Shown: positions 25,975 to 39,767, counted from the stretch's first letter. The stretch is 64,000 bases of DNA from Bispira polyomma (GCA_965649765.1 OZ287758.1:56296001-56360000); one strand, 5' to 3'. The notes: a model not told the origin generated them from the sequence alone. A program made the numbers and translations.

Positions 25975-26315
25975 AGGACTTTAGACTTCTTGGTCATGGG
26001 TTCAAACCTCTATTACACAGTGTGGTCATAGTACAGGACCTTAGAACTGTTGGTCATGGGTTTAAACTTTTACCACACAGTGGCGTTACAGTACAGGACC
26101 TTAGACTTGTTGGTCATTTGTTCAAACTTCCTCTTTTGTGTCCTTTAGTTGAGTTATTTTAATGACATAGTATGTTGGCAGTAGACTTGCTGAAGATCCT
26201 ATTTTTTTGCAGAGCAGAAATCCTTAAACAACTGCCATATTATGATTTCCTCCTCCGGTGAACTGCCTGCCATAATATGACGTGTTAAAAGCGACAGTAA
26301 ATGCCCAACCCATCT
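25975..26315 (+). mobile_element. Degenerate SINE with triplicated head fragment
   Basis: Three ~60-bp copies of AGGACCTTAGAC..TTGGTCATGGGTTCAAAC (B-box-like). The 3' part TTTCCTCC..AATATGAC..TAAA resembles the tail of the SINE at 42606. Confidence 0.4.
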
Positions 26316-27771
26316 AATACAATCTGTCTGACAGAGGAGTAGCCTAGGACCTGCCCTACTCTTCATTCTGGCTCTGTGTACAGTGGAACCTCTATTATCT
26401 GAACATAGCTGGAGAGTAAGACCTTTGTTCGGATAATTAAAAGTTAATTAAATAGAACATGAAATTTAGAACAACAACAAAATAATGAAAGAAAATACAG
26501 CCACCCCCACTGGCCCAATCTCCCCAATGTACAGGTGTACTCTGTGTACTGTATATCTCCCCAATGTACAGGTGTACTCTGTGTACTGTATATCTCCCAT
26601 TACAAGAGGTTTAGTTATACACATGATAGAGTGACACACAGAGATAGAGCACAAAACTCGTATTATAACGAGTAGTGTTACAAAAAAATGCTCATCTTAA
26701 AGCATGTTACATTCAATTCTTACAGCTGTCAATGCCTATGTTCCATTAATACAGACACTGTACGTATAACTGGGCCTCTTGCTGTGGTTTCCATATTTCC
26801 CCACTAACTACACATATCTTTTTATACATTTTTTTTCACAGATTTAAGTCTACAGCAGCAGTTAAGTCTACTAAGTGGGCAGGGAGGTGAGACCTTGGCA
26901 CAGAGGCCTTGGGTTTGAACCCTTGTCTCCATGTACTAAGTATGTAGCGCCGTCGCCTCCAACTGTAGGAGTTTGTAATGCTTGTGTTTCTCTAAAGATC
27001 TCCACAAACTTTTTATAAAATGTCTGCATTTCTGTGGAAGTTCAAACAAGCTGTTTCGTACTAAAACTTTTGTTTAAGAACATTGTTTTCCTAAAACCCT
27101 GTCCAGTCGTGACCTAGTTAAAGGTTATAAGTCACGGTTTATTATATAAATGAGGTCAAGTATGTCCACAAAGATATAGACACATTTCATCAATTTGTGG
27201 GGGACACTGGACAGAAATAGCTACATTTGATAAAATGTTTGTGGTGTGAATATTTAGAAGCACACAGTTGAAGACGTCTATAAATCTGTAAGATACATAA
27301 GACACTTTCCCCAAAAACAAACACTGTAGGAGGATACTTAATGTTTACACATTGCTGTAGGTCATTTGTGAGGACTGACCACACACTGGACTGGACCTGA
27401 TTTTACTGGAGACACACACACACGTAAGATGACCCATGGACTCCAAGGAAGAATGCTACATTTATACATGTATATCTATATATGTATGGAGACTTATAAC
27501 ATGCACTTATTTTACTGGAATCCCCCCAAAAAAATTCCATCCAAAAAGGGACAGCTATATTTTTTTTGTGACATGAAAAAAAATATACACGCCTGGATGA
27601 GGAATTTAGGAGTATTAGATTTGATTGCCACCGCCCCAGTACAAATAATGCAATGTTATAGTCGTGTATACATATAGATGGTTTATTCACAAGCTGGCAA
27701 CGTTTAATATTGTCAAAGAAAACCTAATATTTACTTGTAGGTTGATGCTTGAATTTTATGTGCTTTTTTTT

Positions 27772-27802
<31 letters not shown>

Positions 27803-28896
27803 GATGTTTTACCCAGAACCTTAATAATAATCCTAAATCATGTGGATAAAAATCAATAATGAATATATGCATATACATGTTGTTGGTGACATCTATATAT
27901 ATATATTTCAACACCTCTTTCTACCCATTGTTATTTTGTATCCATATGACACACTAATACAAATACCCTTCAGTGTGTGACTGGTTTCTTTTTAAATGTT
28001 CAACATTTTGATCTCGCTGAAGGTGGCGATGTTGGAGATAATTAGCCTGTGGCCCAGAGATGTAGCTTGTTTATTATTGGTTAGGGTTAACAAGGTGAAT
28101 TGTACCTAACCCTACAACATGTTTGACATATTTGCCGGTGGACCAAACCTGTAGCTTGTGTAATTATCATTGCGCCCCCTGTTCTCTAAAACCCACTCAT
28201 ATAGCTTGGTATGGATACTGTATGGAGGCGTGTGTATATTAGAGATGATTGTGTGTATAATAACTCCAATGGTTGTTGTATCAGTGGTTATTGTATTGAA
28301 GGAGTGTGTTTTCTCTGGCGTGGTATTGTCATTAAATGGCCGTTGGTTGAATGGTTCACTTAGTGAGAATTAATATTTCCTGCGTGACAGACAGACTGCC
28401 TTGCTCTTCAATGAGGTCTTTGTTCATCAGACTAACAAAATGGCTGATATATTGCTGAGTAAATTAATGGTACCTAGACAGAAAGCAATATAACAAATAC
28501 ACTGATTATGCATTATAACATTATACACTGGTCAAACTAATGTGAGTTAATTATAGATTAATGTAGACATAGTCAAAGCCTGTTGATATGACATTACATC
28601 CAAGTTACAACTTGGTGCGTGAAATGTCTTGTCATTCTCAGCCTTTTAGGCATCAAGAAAGCTGGAGGAATCAAGGAAGCTAAGTTCATGTAAAATCTGT
28701 GTACTTGTTCATGTACAAAGTGTGTACACTGCATGTGTTCTGTTAGTACACATGGTTCAGCATGTGTGGTGTTACATGTCTCCACACTCACAGTCTGCAA
28801 CACGTACACCTGTGTGGTGTTACATACACCCCCACCTCCCCACTCACACACAGGCTGCCACACATACCACGTACACCTGTGTCATATTGTTTGCAG

Positions 28897-28998
28897 AGGA
28901 AGAAGAGGACAGAGAGAGACGAGACAGACGCAGGACTCGTCGGGACTCGGACGATTACCGCAGAAAACGGCTACGAGAAGAGGACAGGGCAATTCAAG
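28897..28998 (+). CDS. Zinc finger gene exon 5 (charged R/D/E-rich)
   Basis: ttgcag|AG..EEEEDRERRDRRRTRRDSDDYRRKRLREEDRAIQ..CAAG|GTAAAG; phase 1 to 1. Confidence 0.85.
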
Positions 28999-29660
28999 GT
29001 AAAGGATGTTCTGATCCCAACGTTCCAATTACGAATTTTAAACTATGTTATATAATATGTGTGTCACTGATATAACTGTATAAGAACTAGTCAGTACAGT
29101 TGAGTTGTGTATGTCTATGGAGTGATTTTACTATTTCCGGCTTCCTGGTTACAGAGTATTTAAGGTAGAAACGAAAATAATGGATAGGGTTGCAACTAAA
29201 ATTCATAAAAGTAGTAAACATTTATAACTTTGGTGAATATTCACAGATATTAAAGGGGAATGACTACTTAACAATTTCAAATGCATTCCGAAAGCTAATT
29301 CACCAAGATAAATTTTCAGAAGCTATTTGTTTAAGGGCCTTTCTGAAATTTTCGGCCATCTTGGATTTAACAGGAAATCACCTATATTTTTCAAGATATC
29401 TCAAAAAATCAACAGTTGAGACCTGTTTTCATTTATATTGAAATGTCAGGCTAAGATTGATGTTTATTTTGATATATGATTTGTAGGGCCAGCACTTCGC
29501 CGGACTTTAGTATAGCCCAAAAGGCTATAAGATAATGTATAGCAAAATTAATACTGGTCTCACTCCCTATGTATATCTGTGTGTTTGTGTATGTATATAT
29601 CACACTAGTGTTTGTGTATGTATGTATCACACTACTATAACTGTGTCCTATCTATTACAG

Positions 29661-29706
29661 AGGCAGAAGAACTAGGAAGTACAGTAGAGTTGGCCAATCA
29701 GTTGAT
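29661..29706 (+). CDS. Zinc finger gene exon 6
   Basis: attacag|AG GCA GAA GAA CTA..TTG AT|GTAAGT; phase 1 to 2. Confidence 0.8.
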
Positions 29707-29774
29707 GTAAGTACTTTATGTGTGAACACAGTTTAGGTACTCCTTTTGCACTCGGTTTGTACTTGTGACACTGT

Positions 29775-30048
29775 CTCTCCTAATACCCACTATAACACCC
29801 TATTGTACACACTGACTCCCAATACCCACTATAACACCCTATTGTACACACTGACTCTCCAAATACCCACTATAACACTCTATTGTACACGCTGACTCCC
29901 AATACCCACTATAACACCCTATTGTCCACACTGACTCTCCCAATACTAACTATAACACCCTATTGTCCACACTGACTTTCCCAATACCCACTAGAACATC
30001 CTATTGTCCACACTGATCCTCCCAATACAAACTATAACACCCTATTCT
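29775..30048. repeat. ~39-41-bp tandem repeat, ~7 copies, filling most of intron 6
   Basis: CCAATACCCACTATAACACCCTATTGT(A/C)CACACTGACT. Confidence 0.9.
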
Positions 30049-30091
30049 CCATACCCATTGCCTCTAAATCCTGTACAAATTCTACTTTCAG

Positions 30092-30160
30092 GGACAGGAT
30101 CACAAAACTGCACGAGAACATTGCCATTACTGAGATGGCAGCTGGTCCAGGAATGCCTCG
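30092..30160 (+). CDS. Zinc finger gene exon 7
   Basis: ctttcag|G GAC AGG ATC..MDRITKLHENIAITEMAAGPGMPR..CG|GTAAGT; phase 2 to 2. Confidence 0.83.
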
Positions 30161-30479
30161 GTAAGTGTGTGTTTGGGTATAAGGTCGTCTGTGGGTGGGT
30201 GTAGATTTGACAACGATTGTACAGAGAGCCTTTGATCTGCCTGTGTTACAGTAGTACATTAGCCAAAAGTTGTAGCAATCAGGACATCCGACATGGCAGG
30301 TATTCTTTGTTCTCTTGTTGCCATGGTTTGTTTCAAAATAACACTGATGTATGTTTTCATTAATACTGTAGTTGAATTTATGGCGGGAGTTGCCATTTCA
30401 ACAAATAATTATGGTGTGCTGTGCATTTCTTTTAAAACGTTAAAGACATAGTCTGAACAGTGGTGATATTTTACGACTG

Positions 30480-31260
30480 AAATCTATCTCATTTCTGATG
30501 GCCTATGCCAAGTCAAGACAGTTTCTAGTTATCCATGAAGTATTCCTGATTTGTAACTGGAATTTGACCATGTTTAACGAGTTGTCTGTATGTGTGCCAC
30601 CTCTCTATATTTGTATCTCTGGATGGCGGTTGTGGATACTATGCTTTTGTTCCTGTCTCGCCACTACATCCATCTAAATTTCATTTTAGATGTGATTTTA
30701 ATTTTACCTGGAGCCAGCCAATGTGGTATATGGGACAGTGCTGGGATTCCTCATGCGCAAAAATCTTCGATGTAGTTCCAAATGTAGTAATTGTTGTGCT
30801 TCAGTATGCACTGTATTCCATCACTTTGGCACTGGAATATTGAAGCAGAATGCCAGGATACCTGTCTATGAAATACTGATCATTATGCCCAACGTGTAAA
30901 TTACCTGGATCTATAGTAACTTACCTAAAGGCATGACTTATACCTATAGTAACTTACAGGCACGACTGAGATCTATAATAACTTGCCTAAAGGCACAACT
31001 CAGATCCACCTTATACACACTTAGGCTGCAGGTCCTAAAAAGATCAACATTGTTATCTAAAGTCTGAAAGACATGATAATTGACTGATTGCCCTTCGGGC
31101 CAGCTTATTGGATAGGATAGTCTTATGATTGCAGATTTTTTGTTCTCCATTTTCATATTTGGGGAGACTTAAATAAGTTTGCTTTAAAGTTTTGATCTTC
31201 TTGTAAAGAAAGAGATACATGTTTGGGAAATTACACAGCAGGTAATACAAATTTCATGGG
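30480..31260 (-). mobile_element. Decayed reverse transcriptase fragment of a DIRS/Ngaro-type retrotransposon
   Basis: Translated motifs SWPEGQSVN and YKVDLSCAFRQV resemble DIRS-type RT (DLSxP..SVN; KxDLxxAFRQ). Frameshifted; the left boundary is uncertain. Confidence 0.6.
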
Positions 31261-31383
31261 CAAATATTAATTTTCGTGGCTAGAGTCGATGTTTGATGCC
31301 CAATGGTGACATACACTCTGGTGTCTGTGTGATACTTTGTTTTTGTGTATATTTGTATAAGACTCTGTATATCTATATTTCAG

Positions 31384-32827
31384 TGGCAGAATTCCAGATC
31401 TGATGGCCCCTGATGACTTTTTCTTTGAGCCAAGAGGGCCACCTAGAGGAGGATTTGGTGGTCCTTTCAGAGGTGGACCAATGGGGCGGGGATGGGCTTC
31501 ACGGGGTGGGGGTCCTAGGGGTGGAGGGTTTGGTGGACCAGGAAGAGGCGGATTTGGTGGGGGCCGAGGTAGGGGCTTTGGTGGACCTCCAAGTGGTGGG
31601 TTTGGTGGAAGTCATAGTGGGGGATTTGGTGGAGGTTGGGGATTTGATGGTGCTGAGGAGGATGGATTTGGTCAGGCTGAAAAAAGTGGGTTCCGTGGAA
31701 ACCAAAGGGGGGGATTTGGTAGGTCTCAAAGTGGAAGGTTTAGTGGAAGTGGGGGATTGGGAGGGGGTCAGAAAAGTGGGTTTGGTGGGGCTAAAAGGGG
31801 GGGATTTGGTGGGGCTGAGAAAAGTGGGTTTGGTGGGGCCCAAAGTGGTGAATTTGGTGCGGCTCAGAAGGATGGGTTTGGTGCAACTAAGAAGGATGGG
31901 TTTGGTATGGCTAAAAACGATGGGTTTGGTGCGGCTAACAAGGATGGGTTTGGTGCGGCTAAGGATGGATTTGGTGCGGCTAAGAAGGATGGTTTTGGCG
32001 GGACACAAAGTGGGGGATTTGGTGGGGCTAAGAAGGATGGGTTTCGTGAGAGGAAAAGTAGATTTAGTGGGGGATTTGGTGGGACTCAAAAAAGTGGGTT
32101 TGGTGGGGCTCAAAGTGGGGGATTTGGTGGAACGCAGAAGGATGGATTTGATGGGGCTCAGAAAAGTGGGTTTGGTGGGGGATTTGGTGGAGCTAAAAAA
32201 AGTGGGTTCGGTGAAGGTTTTGGTGGAACCTACGATGGATTTGATGGTGCTCAGAAAAGTGGATTTGGGGGTACCCAAAGTGGGGGATTTGGCGGCACCC
32301 AAAGTGGGGGATTTGGCGACACCCAAAGTGGATTTGGCGGCACCCAAAGTGGGGGTTTTGGTGATGTCCAGAGTGGAGGATTCGGTGGGAGTCAAAGTGG
32401 GGGATTTGGTGGGACCCAAAGTGGGGGATTTGGTGGGACCCAAAGTGGGGGATTTGGTGGGACCCAAACTGGGGGATTTGGTGGGACCCAAACTGGGGGA
32501 TATGGTGGGACCCAGTGGGGGACAGTCGGTAGCTCCCAGGGTGGGGTGTCAAATGAGGGTAACTACAGTGGGGATGTGGGAGGGACGTCTCAAGGACAGT
32601 CAGGAGCTGGTGGGGAGGTGAGCAGTACAGGGGGTAATGGGACAGCTACTACAGGATATCCAGGATATGGAGACTACAGTCAATACTACTCTGGCATGGG
32701 CTATGAAGAGGCCTGGGCAGCGTACAACCAATACTACGGGTTGGACCAGTCGTATAGAGGGGGGTATGAGGGGACTTATCAGGGGGAGAATACGACAACT
32801 ACTACAGGGTATCAGCAGACACAGTGA
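31384..32827 (+). CDS. Zinc finger gene terminal exon 8: RGG/FGG glycine-rich repeats with Tyr-rich tail
   Basis: tttcag|T GGC AGA ATT CCA GAT CTG ATG..., phase 2 and in frame with ORF 31403-32827. Dozens of (S/G/D)GFGG motifs; stop TGA at 32825-32827. Confidence 0.9.
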
Positions 32828-33085
32828 GAGGGGGGAGGGGGGGTGGGGTTGTTAAAGCAATAGGGGGAGATGGAGGGGTCATGGTGGGGGTGTACTGTCA
32901 ATACCACACCAGACAGACACAATGGGGGGGGCAACAATGCAGTCCTAGTTGTGTTAAAGGCTGATGATGTTTCTCAGTGTTCATGTACCTATAGTTACTC
33001 AATCTGACTGGAGTGTGATAAGCATTGACTGACAGGCGATCGTCTAAATGTGATTTCTAACACACCGTGTAGTGACAACTGACCG

Positions 33086-33165
33086 ACTGTTCGCTGACTA
33101 ACTCTGCCTGTTTGCTGACTAACTCTGCCTGTTTGCTGACTAACTCTGCCTGTTCGCTGACTAAC
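33086..33165. repeat. 20-bp repeat x4 in the 3' UTR
   Basis: GCTGACTAACTCTGCCTGTT. Confidence 0.85.
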
Positions 33166-33983
33166 TGGGCTGACTCTGTTGTCTACTTGTTGAGTTCAGT
33201 TTCTCTAAGTCTGTACAATATACCAAGTCTGTTACCTGGTCTTTGTCTTAGTTAAGTCTAATTACTCCAAGTAATAGAAGCCAGAGATTTACTACGAAAC
33301 ATCAATATATTTTGGCGGGGGTTACAGAACCTAGTCGACATGGGTTACATAATTCCTGAGTGCTTGAGTCAGTATAATATCCTGGTATTTTGCTGCTGTC
33401 AATTGGCAACTTAGTAAAGCAGTTTAATGATGTTCTGTATGTAAGTTCTGTTGTTCGAATGTACTGTACAATTACTGTTTATAGTCTGAATTTCAGTCTG
33501 TGTATATTTTTTTTAAGTAATTAGGTCAGAATTGTTGGACTATAAGGACAACTATATACAGTAGAACCTCTATTATCCAGGCTTCTATTATAATCCCAAT
33601 ATTTGAAACACATTTTTAAAATCTCTAAATTTTTCCTTTTTGTTATTTTATACACACAAAACACCTGTCTCTTCTATTTTCATGAACTTTATGCTGTTCA
33701 GACCAAATCTTTCTCTTCCCCCCGATATGTTTGTATAATAAAGGTTGTACTTTATTCTTGGAGGTGTGTTTTCTTTTATTTCTATGTGTTCACTGTATTT
33801 TTTTTGGGTAGTGGGGCAGGAGATGTTTACCATTCTATGGATGGTTTTTACTGTTGTAAATATTTCAGTACATATATGTACTAACTCCCATCTGAACACA
33901 CTTTATTACATTGCAGCCTAGATATATATTTTTAAAACCATTTGTGATGTAAGTGAATCCATTGTATTAAGAGAAGCTTATCA

Positions 33984-33989
33984 AATAAA
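33984..33989 (+). promoter_or_regulatory. Candidate polyadenylation signal of the zinc finger gene
   Basis: AATAAA followed ~20 nt later by a GT-rich tract (TGTGTTTGTTTG). Confidence 0.55.
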
Positions 33990-35219
33990 TACATTCTCTG
34001 TAAAATCTGTGTTTGTTTGACTCCTATCATATGAATTTACCACTCTCAAGTAATCCCATGCTTTTCTAAATGACTCAAACAGCGCAATCCTAAATTCAGT
34101 TGTTACCCCCATAAACCCTCAGCCTGCTTATCATCTATGCTATCTCACAACAATATCACTAGAGGAAGTCGTCTCCACCTCTGACTTCTTTCCCAAAAAC
34201 CTAGCATGTTCAAAATCCTTTAATGTTTGAGTTGTACTCAACACATCAGAAAAAACCACAAAACACATCTGCATCACCTCACTTTTTTACCTTAAAATTT
34301 GTCTGGTGGTTATGACTGAACTTGTGTACTTTTTCCTACCAGCAGATTCAATATTGACTGGGATGTTCACCACAGAAGATGTCTGGTCATCGACTTCTGT
34401 GACTTGCCAAATGACTGTCAAAAATGGCAATCTTAATCGGTTTTGTACCCAACAGCCTGTAGATGTATACTATTGGGTATGGTTTTCAATCATCCAGGCT
34501 GTAGGGCGAGGCAAACTATTGATTTTACACGGGGAAAACCTTGGTACTATTTTCCCTGCATTTACAGCTACAATGTAAATGACCAGTATCAAATATACCC
34601 AAATACCCCCAACATCTTCTATTCAAAATATGCAGAGGACTTGGGGTTTCATCCCAGTTTAAGGCTCCTAGATGCAGGATGCTATAAATAGTGGCTTGGA
34701 TGCGAGCACATACAAATAACAGTGTTCTGTGTCATTAGAACGTATCCCAAGTAGCAGGCTAAAGAACCTTGTGAACACATACAAATAACTGATCTGTGTC
34801 ATTAGAACGTATCCCAAGTGGCAGGCTAAAGAACCTTGTGGATATTGAGAAGTGGGGTCGAGCTTAAACAGTAAAACTACAAAACTTTACATTCTAATCA
34901 ATTAGGCTACCACAATTTAATAAGAGTTCATGATAATAAGCCTAAGTATGCCAAGATGAATGGTAGTAGACTTCCCCCCCCCCCCAAAAAAAAAAAAAAA
35001 CATAAAAATATATTAATGTCCACTTCCATCTTTGTACACATTAATTATGTTCTTGCCACTGGGAAACCTATTGTTTCAGTCTACAGTCTGAGTTTGGGTT
35101 TTTACTCAATTAAAAGAAAAGTACTACAGATGTCTTCACTAATTTGATCGATGTTGGTTTAGGGCATGCCACCCGTCTTCGTTCTCTTGCCATGAAACAG
35201 GTCCCTCTTCTGTTGGCCT

Positions 35220-35560
35220 TCAGAAAAACATGTCCCATTTTTTATGGTGTTTACAAAAATACATCCCATTTCTGATGCTCTTCAGACAAACACGTCCCAT
35301 TTCTGAAGGTCTTCAGAGAAAGGTGTTTGATTTGTGATGGTCTTTGGAGTAACGCATCCCATTTCTGAAGGTCTTTAGACAAACATGTCTCATTTCTGAA
35401 GGTCTTTAGACAAATATGTCTCATTTCTGATGGTCTTTAGACAAACATGTCCCATTTCTGATGGTCTTTAGACAAACATGTCCCATTTCTGAAGGTCTTC
35501 AGAGAAAAGTGTTTCATTTGTCATGGTCTTTAGAGTAACGCGTCTTATTTTTGAAGGTCC
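35220..35560. repeat. Degenerate ~31-bp intergenic tandem repeat
   Basis: AGACAAACATGTCCCATTTCTGA(A/T)GGTCTTT variants. Confidence 0.8.
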
Positions 35561-35670
35561 AGTCAATACAATATCTAGTTATTTTTTAACTTTGTCAAAG
35601 ATTTACTTTGGTAATAAAATGGATTAAAAAAAGTAACATTGTGTTTGCAACAAAAAAACTAATATAAACT

Positions 35671-35676
35671 TTTATT
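35671..35676 (-). promoter_or_regulatory. Candidate polyadenylation signal of the minus-strand gene
   Basis: TTTATT (AATAAA on -) ~350 nt after the stop, in a T-rich UTR. Confidence 0.5.
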
Positions 35677-36028
35677 GTTTAGGATATGTATAAATATATA
35701 TATAGTATAACATTCAACAGTGACCTACTTAAATTACATTGAGATAAAAGGCAAAAGTAGCCCAAATTTTAGTTTCCAGGAAAAAATAAATCTAGAAAAT
35801 ACTCTGCACATAAATGACAAAAGAAGACAAATGTACAAAAAATACATAAAAATCATTGTATACATAATTGTTACATATGTTCACTAAATACAAAATGTTA
35901 CAGTAACAGTTCTTTACATTCAAAACAAAGAGAACAAAAATTTAAATAAATACAAGGCAATATCTCTGTGTAAATACTAATTACATCTGTGTTGCCATGA
36001 CGACCTGTTTTGGGTGTGTTTGATCCTT

Positions 36029-36057
36029 TCACATCATCTCCATGTCTTCATAACTTG
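36029..36057 (-). CDS. Coiled-coil protein gene, probable terminal coding exon (SSYEDMEMM*)
   Basis: Minus-strand tatttacag|CA AGT TAT GAA GAC ATG GAG ATG ATG TGA; phase 1 matches the previous exon. Confidence 0.62.
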
Positions 36058-36736
36058 CTGTAAATACATAAATAGGTGTGTAGTAAGACCACAAACAATT
36101 GAAACAAATTTCACCTCATTTCCAAAGTATTTGAATTTGCTTTGAAAAATTTTACTCGGAAATGATATTCACAAACGAGTGAAAAACTAGTTAGGAAAGA
36201 AATGTCAAGTTACCCCATCAGCTCACTAGAAATCTAAGTAAGTTTTTTTTCCAAAGAAAGTTTTCTTTTGTGAATACCACTTGGTCTAAGTTATGAAAAA
36301 ATTAAGAAAATACTTGAAATTTAAGGTAGGAATTTCACTTGTCCATGAATATGGACACAGATGCCTTATTCACAACGGATCTTAATCTTTACTTCATCTT
36401 TGGGTTAACATTCTGGACTTATAACAGGGCCAAAAAGATTAACATTTTAGTCTCAGTCCAATTGACAGTAAAAAAAGACATTTGGTTAGCCTTAACTCAG
36501 TCGAAAAGGTAAATATCTTAGTCTCCTTGACAGTAGGAAACAACATTTGTTTGGTCTGAACTTATGTTGTAGATGTTGTTCTTAGATTTTGGCCGAATAT
36601 GTCAAGAATTTGGTCTTAGTCCCAGTGACAGTAAAAAAAGATGTTTGATCATAGTGTTAAAGTGACTCTTCATACTATCACAGTAGGCAGTCTTAGGTAT
36701 TTTAGACATATATGTGAAGACATTTTGTGAGCAATC

Positions 36737-37275
36737 TCTTGCTCACTATCAATACGACTAACAGTAAGTTGTAAGACCAGGGTACTGATTACTAGAATAA
36801 AATGTCTTCCTTACTATCAATACAACCAAAAATAAGTTTTAAGACCAGGGTACTGATTACTAGAATAAAATGTCTTCCTTACTATCAATACAACCAAAAA
36901 TAAGTTTTAAGACCAGGGTACTGATTACTAGAATAAAGTGTCTTCCTTACTATCAATACAACCAACAAAAAGTTGTAAAACCAGGGTACTGATTACTAGA
37001 ATAAAGTGTCTTCCTTACTATCAATACAACCAAAAATATGTTGTAAGACCAGGGTACTGATTACTAGAATAAAGTGTCTTCCTCACTATCAATACAGCTA
37101 ACAATAACTTGTAAGACCAGGGTACTGATTACTAGAATAAAGTGTCTTTCTTACTATCAATACAACTAACAGTAAGTTGTTAGACCAGTAGATGACTGGA
37201 ATAAAGTGTCTTCCTCACAATCAATACAACCAATAATACCTTGTAAGACCAGTAGATGACTGGAATAAAGTGTCC
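36737..37275. repeat. ~65-68-bp tandem repeat, ~8 copies
   Basis: TCTTCCTTACTATCAATACAACCAA..TAAGTTGTAAGACCAGGGTACTGATTACTAGAATAAAGTG. Confidence 0.92.
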
Positions 37276-37544
37276 TTGGACTAGTGATTGATTTTGAAAG
37301 GACTATTCAGGTCAAGGTTGATAGGTCACACCTAGAATCTGACCATAAGCTTCTGAACAAAGACACATCTAAACTGCCAACAGAACTGGATTGTGGCATC
37401 ACATTTAGAAGTCAACTCTATAACAAACACAGGAGCTCCACACAGAGCAGCTGATGTTGTCATGAGAAGTTTTACTTCTTAAACTGTAAAGGCAGACACT
37501 GAGTATGATGAAATTAGAGTTTTATTAACTGCGAAATATAGGCA

Positions 37545-38045
37545 TGACCCATGTATGGTGGACACTACAGTACTGACAGTATACCCACTATAAGATGGAC
37601 ACTGACATCCATGTATGGTGGACACTACAGTATTGACAGTACACCCACTATAAAATGGACACTCACATCCATGTATGGTTGACACGACAGTACTGACAAT
37701 ATACCCACTATAAGATGGACACTGACATCCATGTATGGTGGACACTACAGTATTGACAATATACCCACTATAAAATGGACACTGACATCCATGTATGGTG
37801 GACACTACAGTATTGACAATATACCAGATATAAGATGGACACTGACATCCATGTATGGTGGACACTGCAGTATTGACAATATACCAGATATAAGATGGAC
37901 ACTGACATCCATGTATGGTGGACACTGCAGTATTGACAATATACCAGATATAAGATGGACACTGACATCCATGTATGGTGGACACTACAGTACTGACAAT
38001 ATACCCACCATAAGATGGACACTGACATCCATGTATGGTCGACAA
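37545..38045. repeat. 60-bp tandem repeat, ~8 copies
   Basis: CCATGTATGGTGGACACTACAGTATTGACAATATACCCACTATAAGATGGACACTGACAT. Confidence 0.96.
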
Positions 38046-38111
38046 TCGTCATTAAACCTTGTGAACAACACACTCCATTTGGAACATGCAATTGTTAAGT
38101 TGTGTGACATG

Positions 38112-38359
38112 GGACCAAAACTCACCTAGCATTCCGATAAACTGCGAAACGAAAAAGAGGGCCACAAGAAAAACTCATGGGTTTTTTTTGCAATGCATGT
38201 TTGAAGGTGTTTCAAGTCAAAAGGAAATGGGGGGGGGAAAATCCAAAGAAATTGAGCTGAAATGTAGGCACAAAATGCAAATACCAACGCACAAGTTAGT
38301 TTTCTAAAATCATGATCGCACCTATAGTCGCTAGCGCAACGCTAGGTGAGTTTTGGGCC
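38112..38359. mobile_element. MITE, ~248 bp
   Basis: TIRs GG(A/C)CCAAAACTCACCTAGC ... GCTAGGTGAGTTTTGGGCC. Confidence 0.7.
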
Positions 38360-38462
38360 TTACACTACCTGTCACTGAGTAGAGTAAGGTGAGTTTTAGG
38401 CCTTACACTACCTGTCACTGAGTATAGTAAGGTGAGTTTTAGGCCTTACACTACCTGTCACT
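38344..38462. repeat. 43-bp repeat x~3 spanning the MITE right terminus
   Basis: AGGTGAGTTTT(G/A)GGCCTTACACTACCTGTCACTGAGTA.AGTA. Confidence 0.88.
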
Positions 38463-38695
38463 ACACATATATTATAAATCTGTTAGTATCAGACACAGCT
38501 CTATATATTAGTCTATTACACTGATAATACACTAATTATACACATTAAGCTAGTTAAGAACATAGTGTTTTAATGTGGTGTAGGGAAAACAAAAATTCAA
38601 ATTAAATTTCTACTAGATAAACTTTAATATGTAAAAAATCTGCCAGGCCAGATTAGAATTTTCATGTCGCCTAGGATTTAAAAATGGCTTGTGAA

Positions 38696-38728
<33 letters not shown>

Positions 38729-39767
38729 CATATAATCTTTCATATTGCTAACTATGATGTTATCTTCAATATGACTGATTCGTCTAAATTTACTATCCAA
38801 TATTTTGGTGAAATATACAGGTGACTTAAAAGCTGATGAGCTATCAAGTTAACATTATTGGATACAGTTGAATTAGTACCTTGCATTACCAGTATACATG
38901 CAAGTTGTATACACTCATTTTCACTAGATATAATACTTTACATGAATTTGTTAAACCTTTTATACATTTGAATAAAAACCTGCAAGTCATCCACTAATAA
39001 ATGTAAGTACCTAGAGTGTGTTCTGTTAGTTGGCAAACTCCCCTAAAACGTCATTCTATAAAAGACAACTTTTTATAACTAAACTCTCATTATCTATCAC
39101 ATGTGTACATCATATATTTATTAAATGTCAACTTTCCAGTCAAACATAACCACAAACACTTTCTAGTCCTAGCAAAAATATAAATTGTTCTAATATATAA
39201 CAAAACAAATAATGCTTCACCTGTATTAACTTAATATAACCTATCTTACCTTACATTTTTTGATTGAAAGACTTAAAACCTGGTTTGGTTGAAGAAATCT
39301 GGCTTGTAAAGGTTTATCTCCTATTTGTCGGACAGGTACCAGTATTCTATTCTATCTGACACACAAAGGCTAAAATTCAGTGTGCCACAAGGGTCTGTGC
39401 TTGGACCAATCCTAATTTCTTTATACACTTTAGTATTTCCTTCTATCCTTTCCTGAAGTATTACTTTCATGGTGATGGTGCACAGACCTATGAGCACCTG
39501 ACTCCAAACACATTGGTTTGTGCTTTAGAAGTTCTTTAGAAATGCTTGGCAGATGTTCACAATTGGCATGGACTAACTCAAGCTGAATCCGGTAAAACAA
39601 AATTGCAGAGACAAGTAGGTACACATACATACTGTGTCTGGCTCTGGCATGTGCTGAACTATGAACTTTTCTGCGACACTATTATCTCCTGCTGAAGCTG
39701 AACTTTAAAGTTTTGTTTGACAGTAATTTTCCTTCTCTAGTAATATCCAATCACTGTTGTAAGCCCT

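Noticed and set aside
31413-32621. Overlapping +1-frame and antisense ORFs over the Gly-rich exon
   Set aside because: Expected by-product of GGN/TTT codon repeats; no independent splice or start support.
37479-38129. Repetitive ORFs on both strands
   Set aside because: Translation of the 60-bp tandem repeat.
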